From Eledone cirrhosa (lineage: Eukaryota), in assembly GCA_964016885.1 (NCBI GenBank), contig OZ024757.1, forward strand, positions 29,760,001 to 29,824,000: a DNA stretch of 64,000 nt. Reading direction: 5' to 3'. Positions 12,770-35,717 of this stretch are shown one piece after another (positions within the stretch are counted from its first letter, which is position 1; each line of letters begins with the position of its first letter). The notes below the pieces were generated by a model. It was not told the origin of the DNA. It searched no databases and saw only the letters and a program-made list of their open reading frames with translations. The translations under genes were made by a program, and so were the position numbers.

Positions 12770-13475
12770 ACATAATTTCCCTTCGTTAATTTTCAAATTC
12801 CTTTAATTTATACATTATCTTCCAACGGTTCCCAACCTCTCTATGTTAAAACAATATATCTTTTTCTCAGTTATAAAAACTATCTCTTTCTCTCTATCAC
12901 CCATCTCTCCCTCTCCACCTTCACTCTCATCTCCTCCCCCTTTTTTTCATCCCCCCCTCCCTAAATAAAATATTTTTTCCTCGCACATATCCTCCCTTCG
13001 TTAATGTTCAAAATGTTTAATTTATACAGTATCTTCCAACGGTTTTCAACCTCTCTATGTAAAAAATATATCTCCTCTCAGTTATAAAAACTATCTCTTT
13101 CTCTCTATCACCCATCTCTCCCTCTCATCTCCTTCCCTTTTCATCCTTTCCAACCCCCCCCCCTCTCTAAATAAAATATTTTTTCCCAATATCACACATC
13201 AATCTAAAACCACTTTTCATATGTTGATTTAAAACTGCACTATCCACAAGTGTTTTTTAGCCTTCATATCATGTTCTCCTGTTTTATCTGATGAAAACAC
13301 AAATATTATTGCATGATGATGTTTGTTTTTGAAATGCGCATAATAAAATACATGGAACTCCTTTAACCATCTTTTGATCTTATATTATGCATACTCCAGT
13401 CCTACAAACTGTAGAGTGCTTCTTATCCGATATCTGCATTGCTTTATTGTACTACAATAAAACTCACCTCCTACA
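12770..13475 (+). mobile_element. probable Penelope-like terminal repeat or non-autonomous element carrying a hammerhead ribozyme
   Basis: Internal ~220-bp direct duplication (about 12778-12980 and 12994-13185), HHR at 13282-13348, a 3' end repeated at 48846-48922, and TA arrays on both sides. Confidence 0.6.
13282..13348 (+). ncRNA. minimal type I hammerhead ribozyme
   Basis: Stem I ttttat/ataaaa; core CTGATGA; long stem II acaaatattatt/gatgatgtttgt with GU pairs; GAAA; palindromic stem III ATGCGCAT; AUA cleavage triplet after 13342. Confidence 0.75.
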
Positions 13476-14080
<605 letters not shown>

Positions 14081-14329
14081 GTATGTATATTCCTTACTTC
14101 TATCGTTCATTATGTTGATGGTTATTCGGACATCATATATACAAGGTTTAGAACAGATCGTAATGCGATGCGAGTTTAGCAGCTATTTATAATGTTCCCT
14201 GTATAGTCTCCATTGCTGGGGCATATAGATCATTTGTTTTTCGTGTTTTTTAGCACACATTTTTGTTGTTTCTATTAATATTTGACACAAGATGTCTGCC
14301 TCAATATCATTGACGTTTTGTCGATAGAT

Positions 14330-14520
14330 GAGGAATTGGTAATTCGTTGCTCGTGCGATTCACAATCATCATCGATAATCTGGAGATGTTAAAAGCCATG
14401 TCACAGAAATATCGATTGTGTGTCCGTTAAGATAGAATTATTGTTTTTTATGTATAGGTTGGCTCTATATCAGTCATTTACTATTGAGTTAAACTCCCCA
14501 ATATACATTTTTTTTCTATC
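14330..14520 (-). pseudogene. possible highly degenerate LINE APE-endonuclease fragment
   Basis: Across frameshifts, the minus strand gives KCILG(E)FNS ... EPTYIK ... NGHTIDISVT, resembling the ILGDFN and PTH..GHTLDL motifs of LINE endonucleases. Confidence 0.35.
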
Positions 14521-14544
14521 TTACTCCCATTCGAAAAACTGTGT

Positions 14545-14670
14545 AGGCACGTGAAATAGTGGTTAGGGTTATTGGACTTACAATCATATAAGGTTGTGGG
14601 TTCGATTTCTGCACTGAGTGAAGCGTTGTGTTCATGAGTCAACTATTTTATTTCAAGTTGTCTCTGGCAC
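14545..14670 (+). mobile_element. SINE family B 5' half
   Basis: aggcacgtgaaatagtggttagg...gggttcgatttct...gcgttgtgttcatgagtcaactatttta. Confidence 0.7.
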
Positions 14671-14789
14671 CCCGTAGACAGTATCAACAAGTGATAAACT
14701 AACAACTGAAACATTGGCTCCTTGCTGCATAATAACGTTAATCGATGATGATGATGTATATATATATGTGTGTGTGTGTGTATCGTATT

Positions 14790-15085
14790 GTAGGCCCCTT
14801 CAGTCATGAAAGACCATCGTTTTCCACGTGCAAAGTCTCTTTCTCAGTTTGTGGAAGACCACCAGTCACCCGTGTATACCAGTCTCCCCTCTCCATGCCA
14901 CCGATATTATATAAGAGAAAGGAAATGGCCAATACAGCTTGGCACCTATGATGTTGCAATCTCATTTCAATAACTGAGTGAAGTGAGTGAAAATATAGTG
15001 TTTTGCTCAAGAATACTGGGAATCCAAGTCTGGGATTCGAACTGAAAACTTCATGATTGTGAACTCAAGGCTATGATCGCCCCGC
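14790..15085 (-). mobile_element. diverged SINE family B with a distinct 3' tail
   Basis: Reverse CORE/head gtgttttgctcaagaatac...gggattcgaac preceded by a unique tail (ggccaatacagcttggcacc). Confidence 0.65.
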
Positions 15086-15176
15086 TTCCTTTCCGATTTC
15101 CTTTCAAAATGGAAGGGAAAATTATGGAACACTGACCTGCATTTCTTGAAAGTCTTGTAGTTCTCACATTCACGAA

Positions 15177-15207
<31 letters not shown>

Positions 15208-15299
15208 CACACAACCTCTGTTACCTTAAGTAGAACGTAAAAGGAAACCCAAACTCATCTAATCCAATCCAATCCACGAACCCATATCATAATCCTGCA

Positions 15300-17075
15300 A
15301 CATATACGTGTGTGTATGTGTGTATACACACAGGCATATATACATACATATATACACAAACACACACACACACATATATATATATACATATACACACACA
15401 CATACACATATATATATACACACACACATACGTATATATATATACACACGCACACGTGTATATATATATATATACACATATATATATATATACATATATA
15501 TATAAACGCACACACCTACATATACACACATATCCACACACGCACACACATATATACACACACATACACATATACACACACATTCATATACACGCACACA
15601 TACACACACAAACACACACAAACACACATACACACATATATATATAAATAAATATATATATAGATATATATATATACACACACATATATATTCAGAGAGA
15701 GATCAAAAGGGCTTAAGCTTTATCGTACGACGTACTTGGTTTAAATAATACATACATTCTATTTTCATTAAAGCAAAGAGTAGAAGTAAGTTGAATAATG
15801 GCTTTGCTGGTTTCAATTATTAACATGCGAAATCCCACTCTCTCTATATATCTCTCTATTTATATTTCAGTATATATATATATATATATATATATATCCA
15901 CTTACATGTCAAAGATATTTAGTTCCTATATGCCTTTTATCTGATCCATTTATAAAATTCCATTTTATTCCAATATGTCAATACTCATAACCCTGAAAAG
16001 CCCAAGTACGTACAACAGGCGAGTAGGCAAATCATAGTTTTCAAAAATATATGTATTCCTAAATAACTATGCATAAATATATATTATTGGGGGGAAAAAA
16101 CGTGTAAATATAGATATGTCTATGTTAGTGTGTGTGTGTGAGAGTGCGTGTGTGTGTGTATATATTTATATATACATATATACGTATACATGCATATTCA
16201 AATATACATATATATATATTCATATATATATATTCAAATATACATATATATATATATATATATTCAAATATACATATATATATATATATATATATTCAAA
16301 TATACATATATATATATATATATACATACATAAATATATATAAATATACATGTATATATATACACAAATATATCTATGTATACATACATAAATATATATA
16401 AATATACATGTAAATATATATATATACATAGATGTATGTATACATATATATATATAAATATATGTATGCATACATATATATATATATAAATAGACATATA
16501 TATATGTGTATGCATACATACATATATATATAAATATACATATATATATATATATACATACATATATATATATATATACATACATATATATATATATACA
16601 TACATATATATATGTGTATGCATACATACATATATATATAAATATACATATATATATATATATATATATACATACATATATATATATATATAAATATACA
16701 TATATATATATGTATGCATACATATATATATATATATAAATATACATATATATATGTGTATGCATGCATATATATATATATATAAATATACATATATATA
16801 TGTGTATGCATGCATATATATATAAATATACATATATATATATACATATATATAAATATATATATATAAATATACATATATATAAATATACATATATATA
16901 AATATACATATATATATATATATATACATATATATAAATATACATATATAATATACATATATATATACATAAATATAAATATATGTATACATACATATAT
17001 ATATATAAATATACATTTATATACATATAGGGAGATGTGGTATGATGGAGAGATATGGAGAGTAAAAGAAATTTC

Positions 17076-17116
<41 letters not shown>

Positions 17117-17525
17117 GGTTTTGAATAATCATTGTTGATGGTATTGACATGTAACTAAAAATAGAGGATGAATATGTAAATTACGGGATCGAGTGGGATA
17201 TAGTTGGCATCGGACTGAGACAAGGTTTAAAGTTTATGTGAATATCTATATATGTGAGTGTACATATATATATATATAATGCATATATGTTATATATATA
17301 TAAATATATATATAAATATTATGTATATATTTTATATATATTATATATATGCATATATATAAATTATAAATATATATATATTATATATCTTATAAACACA
17401 CATATCTATATCATATATATACATATTATGTATATATATATATATATAAATTATAAATATATATATTATATAGATATCTTATAAATATACATATGTATAT
17501 CATATATATACATATTATGTATATA

Positions 17526-17562
<37 letters not shown>

Positions 17563-17695
17563 TATAAATATATATATTATATATATATCTTATAAATATA
17601 CATATGTATATCATATATATACATATTATGTGTATCTATATATATATATATATTTATATGCATATATATATGTGTGTGTGTATATGCATATATAT
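15300..17695. repeat. compound TA/TACA/CA microsatellite field with short unique islands
   Basis: Direct inspection. Confidence 0.9.
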
Positions 17696-18027
17696 AGAAA
17701 GAAAAAAATATTAAGCAGTTCTTACTATAGTAATGATTTAAGGGGCTAGCGTTTTGTGCCAAGACATTTGGCAAAGTGCCGGATGGGTTTGACGTGTTCG
17801 TATATGTATATTTATATTATTATATATATATATATATATATACACATATATACACACGTATATATATACATATATATACTTTTACATCTATATACTTATA
17901 TATATCTATATATATACATACATATATATATATACATATATATACATACATAAACATTTTCATTTAGTCCAGAATTAGCCGTCGAAACGGCTTGAGCTCA
18001 GTCATCGGGGTCCTACTCGTTCCTATT

Positions 18028-21472
<3,445 letters not shown>

Positions 21473-22159
21473 ATCTATACTTCCGAATAAATATGTGGTA
21501 TGGATTTTTCTGATACGTTTTATATTCAATGAATAGACTTGGTTAAGTTAAAAATGGTGTCATATATATATGTGTGTGTGTGTGTATGTGTGTGTGTGTT
21601 GGCGCGCTCTTATATATATGGGTGTTCATGTGCAAGCGTGTGTTTCTGCCTACGTGTGTTCGTGTATGTGTTACTTATTTCAATAGATCTTTACATGTAA
21701 AAAATAAAATGCAAAACTATTGATTTTTATGGATAAGACATATTAATAAGATTATCCTGAAGCGAGCTCAACGTCATTGCAATTAAACTTATTATTAAGA
21801 GGACATTTTAAGATTTTAGAAGCGCACTTTTAAAGAACTCAGTAACCACAGGAACAAAAATTATAAGAAACTATTCCTGTGTTGTGATTGATATAATCGT
21901 ATAGAATATCTCGTAGATACTAATGACTTGGTAGATATTGATTTAAAAAATAACCTTGTATCCCTTTCAATACTATCGGAATATGTATGCATGCATGTAG
22001 TTATAAATGGGTGGATGGATAAATGGATGGTCCTGTAATGTAATTCTTGGAGGATCGCAGAGGTTCTGTCGTGATTTTGCAGCGTGTATTGGTCCTTTAT
22101 AACCTCAAGGAGACCATCCTTCTCCAGGTCTGAACACAGCCGATTTCTTCGAGAAAAGG

Positions 22160-22340
22160 AAGGAGAGAGAGAGAGAGAGAGACAGAGAGAGAGGGGCGGA
22201 AAGAGAGAGTGAGAGAAGGGGGCGAGTGATAGAGGGGGGAAAGAGAGAGTGAGAGAGGGGGAAAGAGAGAGTGAGAGAGAGGGAAAGAGAGAGTGAGAGA
22301 GGGTGTCAGAGAGGGACAGAGGGAGAGTGAGAGGAAGTGG
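22160..22340. repeat. (GA)n-rich polypurine tract
   Basis: Direct inspection. Confidence 0.9.
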
Positions 22341-22379
22341 GAAAGTAACGGAGGAAAATCGAACTCTATACTTAGACTA

Positions 22380-22702
22380 CTACTTTTTTATCGACCTCGA
22401 AATGATGAAAGTCAATGTTTGCCTCGGTGGGATTTGAACTCAGAACGGAGAGAGCTGATAATAATATTGTTTCTACTATAGGCACAAGGCCAGCAATTTT
22501 TTTTTTTTTTTTTGGAGGGGAGGGTGAGTCGATTAAATCGACCCCAATGCATTATTGGTGCTTTATTTCATCGACCCCGTAAGGAGGAAAGGCAAAGCTA
22601 TCCTCGGCGGGATTTGAACTCAGATCATAAAAGGGCCGTAACTCTATGCTGCAAAGCATGGTTTCCAACGCTCTACCGATACTGCCAATCCACCGCCCTT
22701 AG
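22380..22702 (-). mobile_element. SINE family A, one partial and one full copy
   Basis: Family A motifs. agagctgataataatattg flanks the full copy on both sides (about 22451 and 22701), which looks like a TSD. Confidence 0.85.
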
Positions 22703-22993
22703 AGCTGATAATAATATTGCAACGCAATTCTATCTAAGGTTCTAACGACTTTACCAATTCGCTGTCTTATCTAGGAACATAAATTCTAAAATATAGCTTT
22801 CACTCTACTAAACACTATTCTACATATTTATCATAATTTAACATTAAGTATATATTTTTCCTATTTTATTATTAATCATATTATGTGGATACTATTGGGA
22901 TAAAGTTGCCCCTATTCACGGAATTTATGAGTGAATGGGTGGTTCGCTAAGTCACGCTTCTCGAGGAATTCAATACTTTCATTAGAATGAAAT

Positions 22994-23044
<51 letters not shown>

Positions 23045-23100
23045 TACATATATTATATGTGTGTGTATTTTATAAGTACATATATTATATATATATATGC

Positions 23101-23136
<36 letters not shown>

Positions 23137-23178
23137 ATACATATATATATATATATAATATATACATATATATATATT

Positions 23179-23209
<31 letters not shown>

Positions 23210-23283
23210 ATATATAACGAAGGAATTGTGGTAAGGAACCAGATTGACAATAACGCTCAAAAGTACACAATACTTAGGGTAGT

Positions 23284-23397
23284 AGAGTGGGTAATAGGAA
23301 CAAGTATGACCCCGACGGCAGAGCTCAAGCCGTTTCGTTTAGAGTGGGTAATAGGAACAAGTATGACCCCGACGGCAGAGCTCAAGCCGTTTCGTTT
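23284..23397. repeat. perfect 57-bp tandem duplication within a short dispersed repeat
   Basis: agagtgggtaataggaacaagtatgaccccgacggcagagctcaagccgtttcgttt occurs twice. A reverse-complement relative lies at 17965-18029 and a diverged relative at about 41657-41706. Confidence 0.9.
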
Positions 23398-23475
23398 CGG
23401 CTATTTCTGGACTATATATAAGAAATATATATATATAAGTACATATATTATATGTGCGTGTGTGTGTATAAGTAC

Positions 23476-23529
<54 letters not shown>

Positions 23530-24101
23530 TCTACGTTAGGCACAAGGCCAGCAATTACCCAGTGCATTACTGGTACTTTATTTTATCGACCCCGTAAGGA
23601 TGAAAGGCAAAGTTAATCTCGGCGGTAATTGAACTGCATGTACATATTACATTTTAAATGTACATAAAAATACATATTACTATTTTAATCTGATCAAAAT
23701 TAACCATTTTCAATTAAAAGCAAATTATTTATTTGAAATCAATATCGAAAGTTAAGGAACGAAAATATAATTTTAATGTATGATGATGAACTGAAGGCAG
23801 CAGTTTTGGATCCTATCGATTAGAAAAAACTCACGAGGAATACATATTCTAGCCATTGGACTGACATTCTAATGCAACAATTTATACGTGTACAAGATGA
23901 TTACATTAAAACATTTCTCTTCATTCTGCTATTTGGCTTAAGAATTGTTTGACTTTGCATCTTAAGCATGCATGCGTACATTCATATATACATACGTGCG
24001 TACATTCATATATACATACGTACATACATGATGGCTGCAAACTCATGTTCGAGCATTACAATATATATATATATATATATAGCCATATATACATAAAATG
24101 C

Positions 24102-24470
24102 TCAAAAGTGTGAGGCACGAATGTGACTCTTTAAACCAGTGAAAGACTTGCACCCTCTGGCCAATATATGGCAACTGTAACCTTCTCCGAAACTTTCCCT
24201 TGCATTGTTCTGGCTGTGTGTTCTCATGTGTCTTTTAATACCTCCCATTCTAGCACATTCCTTACACCTTTTCAGTTCATAATCTACATGAGGTCTACTG
24301 ATATGACTTCGTTCGTGTCTAGTCAAACCAGCTTTACTCAGGCAGACTCGACCACAGTGCTGGCAAACCAGATGATGTTCAACAACGGCCAGTTCAGAGC
24401 AGTCTCCTTTCCTTACATACATGATGGCAGCCCTCTCGTTATCGCGTATGGTCATTGCACGATATACCAT
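24102..24470 (-). mobile_element. C-terminal C2H2 zinc-finger region of an RTE-clade LINE ORF (degenerate)
   Basis: CQHCGRVCLSKAGLTRHERSH, CKEC..GGIKRHMRTH and CHILARGCKSFTGLKSHIRASH*. This CxxCGRxCxSxxGLxxHxRxH style without TGEKP linkers is typical of RTE ORF ends. Confidence 0.65.
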
Positions 24471-24499
24471 TATTAATAATTATCAATTAATGCTATCGT

Positions 24500-24962
24500 G
24501 CAATGCCTGTGCGTGAAGATTTTTTTTAAAGTGAGGAAAGACTGTGCACTGAGCCAATCCCACTCTCTGAGCAACATCAATCCGAAAAGAAGAAAAGATC
24601 AACATCATCGGTAACTACTGAGCCGCATGTTTTATGTCGGAGTTATCCCAGTTTCCTGAGCTGCCTTCTCCTAGAACAATGCCCTGACAAAGGCTACTAG
24701 GGGTCCTTCACTCCCAGTGGCTTAACCGCACGATCGGGTATCCAGCCTGCATATACATACACATGCATACATATGTATATACATATTTACACATTTTTGG
24801 GTGGCCATTGACTCATGAGTTCTTTCGCCCTTTGTCAGGTTTAGTTTATTGTCCTGCAGGGTGTCCAAAATCACCCTCCAAAACCCCACCAAGTAAACTT
24901 GGTGGGGTTTCCGATTTAGTCGCCGACGACCCGACCATGTGACAGGTTATACTGAGATACAT
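24500..24962 (-). mobile_element. probable RTE-type 5' UTR segment, copy 1
   Basis: Colinear with 27429-27793 and directly upstream (minus strand) of the zinc-finger fragment. It contains ggcgactaaa and ctaggagaagg motifs. Confidence 0.5.
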
Positions 24963-25162
24963 NNNNNNNNNNNNNNNNNNNNNNNNNNNNNNNNNNNNNN
25001 NNNNNNNNNNNNNNNNNNNNNNNNNNNNNNNNNNNNNNNNNNNNNNNNNNNNNNNNNNNNNNNNNNNNNNNNNNNNNNNNNNNNNNNNNNNNNNNNNNNN
25101 NNNNNNNNNNNNNNNNNNNNNNNNNNNNNNNNNNNNNNNNNNNNNNNNNNNNNNNNNNNNNN
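24963..25162. other. assembly gap (200 N)
   Basis: Run of n. Confidence 1.
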
Positions 25163-27215
<2,053 letters not shown>

Positions 27216-27822
27216 TGGTGGCTGCCAACTCGTTTTCGAGTACGGCCACTACTTTATATCCATGTAGGAGAACCCCTACCGATGCGCTGAACGAGTGTGA
27301 CTTTTTAGTCCAGCCAGCGACTTGAAAACTCTGGTACAAACACTACACTTGTGACAATTATTGACACATAGTGCTGGGCCCATGGTACCATGTGACGACA
27401 AGTGCAGAGAGATCTCCAGATATAAAGCAATGCCTGTGCCGTGAAGCTTTTATAGTGAGCAAAGGCACTGCACAAAGCCAGTCCCACTCTCTTAACCAAG
27501 ATGATATTTACCAAAAAGAAGAACAAGTCAACATCATTGGATACCATCAGGGTTGCAGGTGTTATATCAGAGTTTTCCTTCTCTTAGAATTCTGCCTTGA
27601 CAAAGGCTAAGGGGTCATCTCTCCCAGTGATTTTGGATGGCCATTGACTCTTAAGAGCTCCTTTGCCCTTCGACAGGTTTTGTTTTTAGTCCTGCAGGAT
27701 GTCCAAAGTCACCCTCCTCACCAAGAAACCTTGGTGGGGTTGCCAGTTTAGTCGCCAACGACCCGACCATGAGACAGGTTGTACTGGATACATGTTACCA
27801 GTAGCACCAAGTGGTGACCTGA
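27216..27822 (-). mobile_element. probable RTE-type 5' UTR segment, copy 2, inside satellite
   Basis: GC-balanced island homologous to 24500-24962, flanked by TACA arrays. Confidence 0.5.
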
Positions 27823-31750
<3,928 letters not shown>

Positions 31751-32764
31751 GTATCATATATATCAAACTTATACACAAATTTTAGACATATTTTATATAG
31801 AGGTGTGATAACGCAAATAGATATATTACATAAATATAAGTATCTATGTATGTATTTATCTCTCGCTCTCTCCCTTTCTCTCCCTTCATCTCTCTGTCTC
31901 ACTGTGTGCGTATGTGTGTGTGTGCGTGCGTGTGTGTGTGTGCGTGTGTGTGTGAACGGCCTTTGCTTGTGTGATAACGAATTCCCGACAGAATGATAGT
32001 GATGATGAGATTTACTTATCAAATCTGAAACAGCTACGCATCAGTGCGTTGCATATATCTTCCTATGCAGATGGCTGCTAATATAAGCCATTGTTAATCC
32101 ATTATGCTAAATTCGGCTGCATATACATGAAGCATTAGCAGAGAATTCTCAGCCGCATTCTTTCTAAAATAGACATTTCTGTATTTAATGACTAAATTGA
32201 TGCCAATAGCGACATGCCATGTTTCTTTAGCTGGTTTGCAGCATTGCAGAGAATATAGATTCTGTTGCTTTGTAAAATGTGATGCTGGTGCTATAATCGA
32301 TGCTGCTACAACATCTTGCATTATTGCACACAATTCACATTATTCATAGACCCATTGTAAACATAACTGTATTTAGTTTTTACTGTTGTGTTTGCAATGA
32401 AGTCTATAGCTGCATAACGACGTTTTTCGTTTCCTTGTTGAAGTACGTATATTTACCTCTACAATCCCAGCTGTATATATATTTAAACGTCTCACTGAGT
32501 TGTTATTAATGTTTTATATGAGAGTTATGGAGCTCTAAAGTCGACCCCACCCCCCACCCCCACCACCTCCTCCTCTTCTTCGTAGTGGAGCCTGGTAACG
32601 CCAAACATCATGGTCAACAGAGCAATGACGAAGCAGCGACAGTCCTAGCAAGTTGGCGATGGATAATAAACCTGCTAGCAAAACAAACAGAACTTCTGGC
32701 TGACCTAATGTTGGATGATCTAAGATCTAAAGATCTAAAAGTCTTCAGACAGGAGGTTTGTTAG

Positions 32765-32995
32765 GCCGGGGCTTATCCCGGTTTCAATGCGTGAAGTGAC
32801 AGAGTATAAGACTACCCCTGGACAGGACGCCAGTCCATCCCAGGATTAAACTCCCAGCTATGGCTGTTACTCATTCACAGCTGAGTATATACTGGAGCAA
32901 CGTGAAATGAAGTATTTTTCTCAAGAAGACACACGCAACCCAGCCCAGGAATCGAACCCATGACATTATGATCGTAAGTCCAACACCCTTACGAA
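32765..32995 (-). mobile_element. SINE family B (tail type 2)
   Basis: Close match to 40630-40880: cttatcccggtttca...ctggacaggacgccagtccatc...ggagcaacgtgaaatgaagt...ggaatcgaaccc. Confidence 0.85.
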
Positions 32996-34100
32996 TAGTC
33001 CTGTTCGTTGAAGGCCTTCCACTCCTTAGGTCGTCTTCCACAAAAACACATGAGCACCACATCGTCTCATCTCTGTACACTTGCTACAGTATTACTAGTA
33101 CTTCTGGCTAATCCCTACCCCCCCCCCCTACCCCACCCACATAACTCACACAGCACACTAAGTCTTGTTACTTTTCTGAGACGCCTCATACAATACTTAC
33201 ATTCGGCGAAACCATAAAAGTATGCGGACACACGTACAGAAATTTGCATTTATTATTACAGATTATTTGCGTCGCTCATAAGATTACACATGTTAAAAAA
33301 TTAGAGCTAGACTGGATGAAAGTGTATTTTAACAACACTATTGTAGAATAACGTAAACATTTTCTCTGTAAAAGCTTTTCCCACTGTATTGTTCACACTT
33401 GCAGTCATTGTGAAATTGACTTGTTTATTTTATTTTTCCTCTTCCAATGCATCTCCTCCGATTTCAGAACCAACAAAAGTTGTTTATCATTTTATCAGCG
33501 AGGAACTAAACACAAATTGCATTAACACGTTATCATCTCTTGGCCTTTTCATGAAATAAATTTCGCTAAATTGCGTGATTTAAAAAGGATCTTCTATTCA
33601 CCTTCCATTATCAAGTACATTTCATAACTGAGATAAGAGAGGGACCTAAAAGACCTTTATAAAAGAACTTTTCGCAAAGGTTTCCTATTTCTTAATAAAA
33701 AAAATTTCATGCCTGCAGTAGGTGATAAAAATCAATCGGATGTATTCGTTGCATGTCTTTTTTTCATTTATGTTTTGTTTGTTTGTGTTTTTTAAAGAGA
33801 TAAAGATAAAGAAAAATATGCAACGATGAAAATGAAAACGGAATGCGTAATAAGATAGTAAAATGGACAGAAATTAGAAAAACAGAAGCAAATCCCAAAA
33901 CACAACGCTATTCAAAAGTACATAGCTGCTTGTATTCATAGATTTAATAAGGATTTCTAGATGTGTCTTGTTGATATCCATGAGAATGCTCTGATAGACA
34001 AGAATTCACTTTCTGGATAAAGAGATAATATTTTGGATGTGACTGAAATATAACCACTTATACATGCAACACACAGACAGACACACACACAAACTTAGAT

Positions 34101-34137
<37 letters not shown>

Positions 34138-34317
34138 CAGATAGATAAGGATTATATATATATATAAACCCTTAGAGAAAATATTTATTATAATATATAA
34201 GAACATATTAAAGTTTAAGCAAAGAATCGCTGCTTTCGCCCTTAACAGGATCTTCTTATACTTGAAAAATCAATCTGTGGACGCAAAAGTAAATATTTCG
34301 AAAAATGTTACAAGGAG

Positions 34318-34665
34318 AGGGATTGAGGACGAAAAGACCATCGGAGTTTCGCAGATCCACATCCAATCCCCCTCCACCGTCCCCTGCCTCCGCGTTTTGT
34401 GGGAAATATTATTTTTCCTGGGGAGGGGGTTCGTGTCCTATCAACTAATCTGACCTCCTAGATACTCGCAATCGACCTTTTTTCCGAAAAAAAGAAACCC
34501 TAACCCTAATCTGGAAAATAAAAGTCGATTGCCAGCATCTAAGAGATCAGGTTAGTTGTTAACACATTAAAAAAAGTCGAAAAAATAATTACTTCCAACC
34601 AAACGCGAGAGGTATGTAAATCTGCGAAACTGCGATGATCTTTTCGACCCCTTCACCCACCTTTA
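34318..34665. mobile_element. fold-back/MITE-like element with ~160-bp imperfect inverted arms and an (accta)-type telomeric-repeat core
   Basis: gaaaagaccatcggagtttcgcagat pairs with atctgcgaaactgcgatgatcttttc, and caactaatctgacctcctagatactcgcaatcgac pairs with gtcgattgccagcatctaagagatcaggttagttg. The centre is aaccctaaccctaa. An extra arm copy lies at about 34797-34890. Confidence 0.75.
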
Positions 34666-34966
34666 TATACAAAGCTAGTCGTTTCCGACTGGTTTGGGAG
34701 TCATATTCGTTGATAGCACGCGAAAGAAATCGTAGAGAAAACTTCGAGCAGAGGGAGTGATCAATGGTAAAGGGCACCCACCATACCCCCTCTAATTTTC
34801 TGGAAACAATGTTGATTGCGAGTATCTTGAAGGCCAGATTAGTTGATAACACACGAACAAACTGAGGGAAAAAAATGTTTTCCCACTGAAATCGAAAAGG
34901 GTGCTGTTCTATAATACCGGAATTTTAAACATCTACATCGACCTTTGCAATAATCCTTATTATATA

Positions 34967-35214
34967 TATAGAAATAAGACTCGTACAGGCTCGCCCCTTA
35001 TCTCCCTTTGTTGTGGAACTCTTCCTTGCTAGACGCCAAAGGGCTTTCGTCACTTTGCATACGGCTTTCTCGTGGACACATGCGATGAGAACTACTTTCG
35101 TCATTGCTTCAGAAATAAAGTCTTGAGAAAAGCAAAGAGCGTTCGAGATTCATTTATGACAAAAGAAGACTTCCACAGAGATAGGGGGCGAGCCTGTACG
35201 ACTCATTCCTCTAT
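34967..35214. mobile_element. ~250-bp MITE inserted in TA repeat
   Basis: TIR core tcgtacaggctcgcccc(t)tatctc / gagatagggggcgagcctgtacga, with tatata on both sides. Confidence 0.8.
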
Positions 35215-35604
35215 ATATATATATATTAGTGAAGCCTTTTTAAGTGGTGATTATAGGAGGTGGGGGGGAACGGTATCTGTTTTAGCCGGTTTGCCGCATT
35301 AACCGATTGTAGAGGTTAATGCTCTATACGTATACGATATTGGAAATATATACACTTGTGCTAAACATGATAAGCAGTAACTAAATCAGAGAAAATGGTG
35401 AAAATATCATATAACTTTATAAGACAGAGACACGTGCATTTTATAAAATTATTTAACTTTATACAGTATATAAAACATTTAAAAGAGTAATAATGCATAT
35501 CATAAATTTCCCCTACCTGTGGCAGATGTCAGAAAAACTTGATATAGTGAAGGTTGGGTAGAAATAAATGAGTTAAATTGTTCTTTGTTTTCTTGTGACT
35601 ACAT

Positions 35605-35717
35605 TAAAATCCTTTGAAACTTGACGCGTAAAATCCTTTGAAACTTGACACGTAAAATCCTTTGAAACTTGACACGTAAAATCCTTTGAAACTTGACGCA
35701 AAAAAATCCTTTGAAAA
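35605..35717. repeat. 24-bp minisatellite, about 4.6 copies
   Basis: taaaatcctttgaaacttgac(a/g)cg repeated. Confidence 0.95.

Noticed and set aside
24102-24470. Host C2H2 zinc-finger gene exon
   Set aside because: No TGEKP linkers, damaged fingers, RTE-like finger style and adjacency to a repeated leader favour a retroelement origin.
27740-27822. HDV-like ribozyme at the putative RTE 5' end
   Set aside because: P3/P4-like stems are present, but there is no P1 3' strand and the candidate P2 is not conserved in the second copy.
35605-35717. CRISPR-like direct repeats
   Set aside because: Head-to-tail repeats with no unique spacers, a eukaryotic context and no cas genes.
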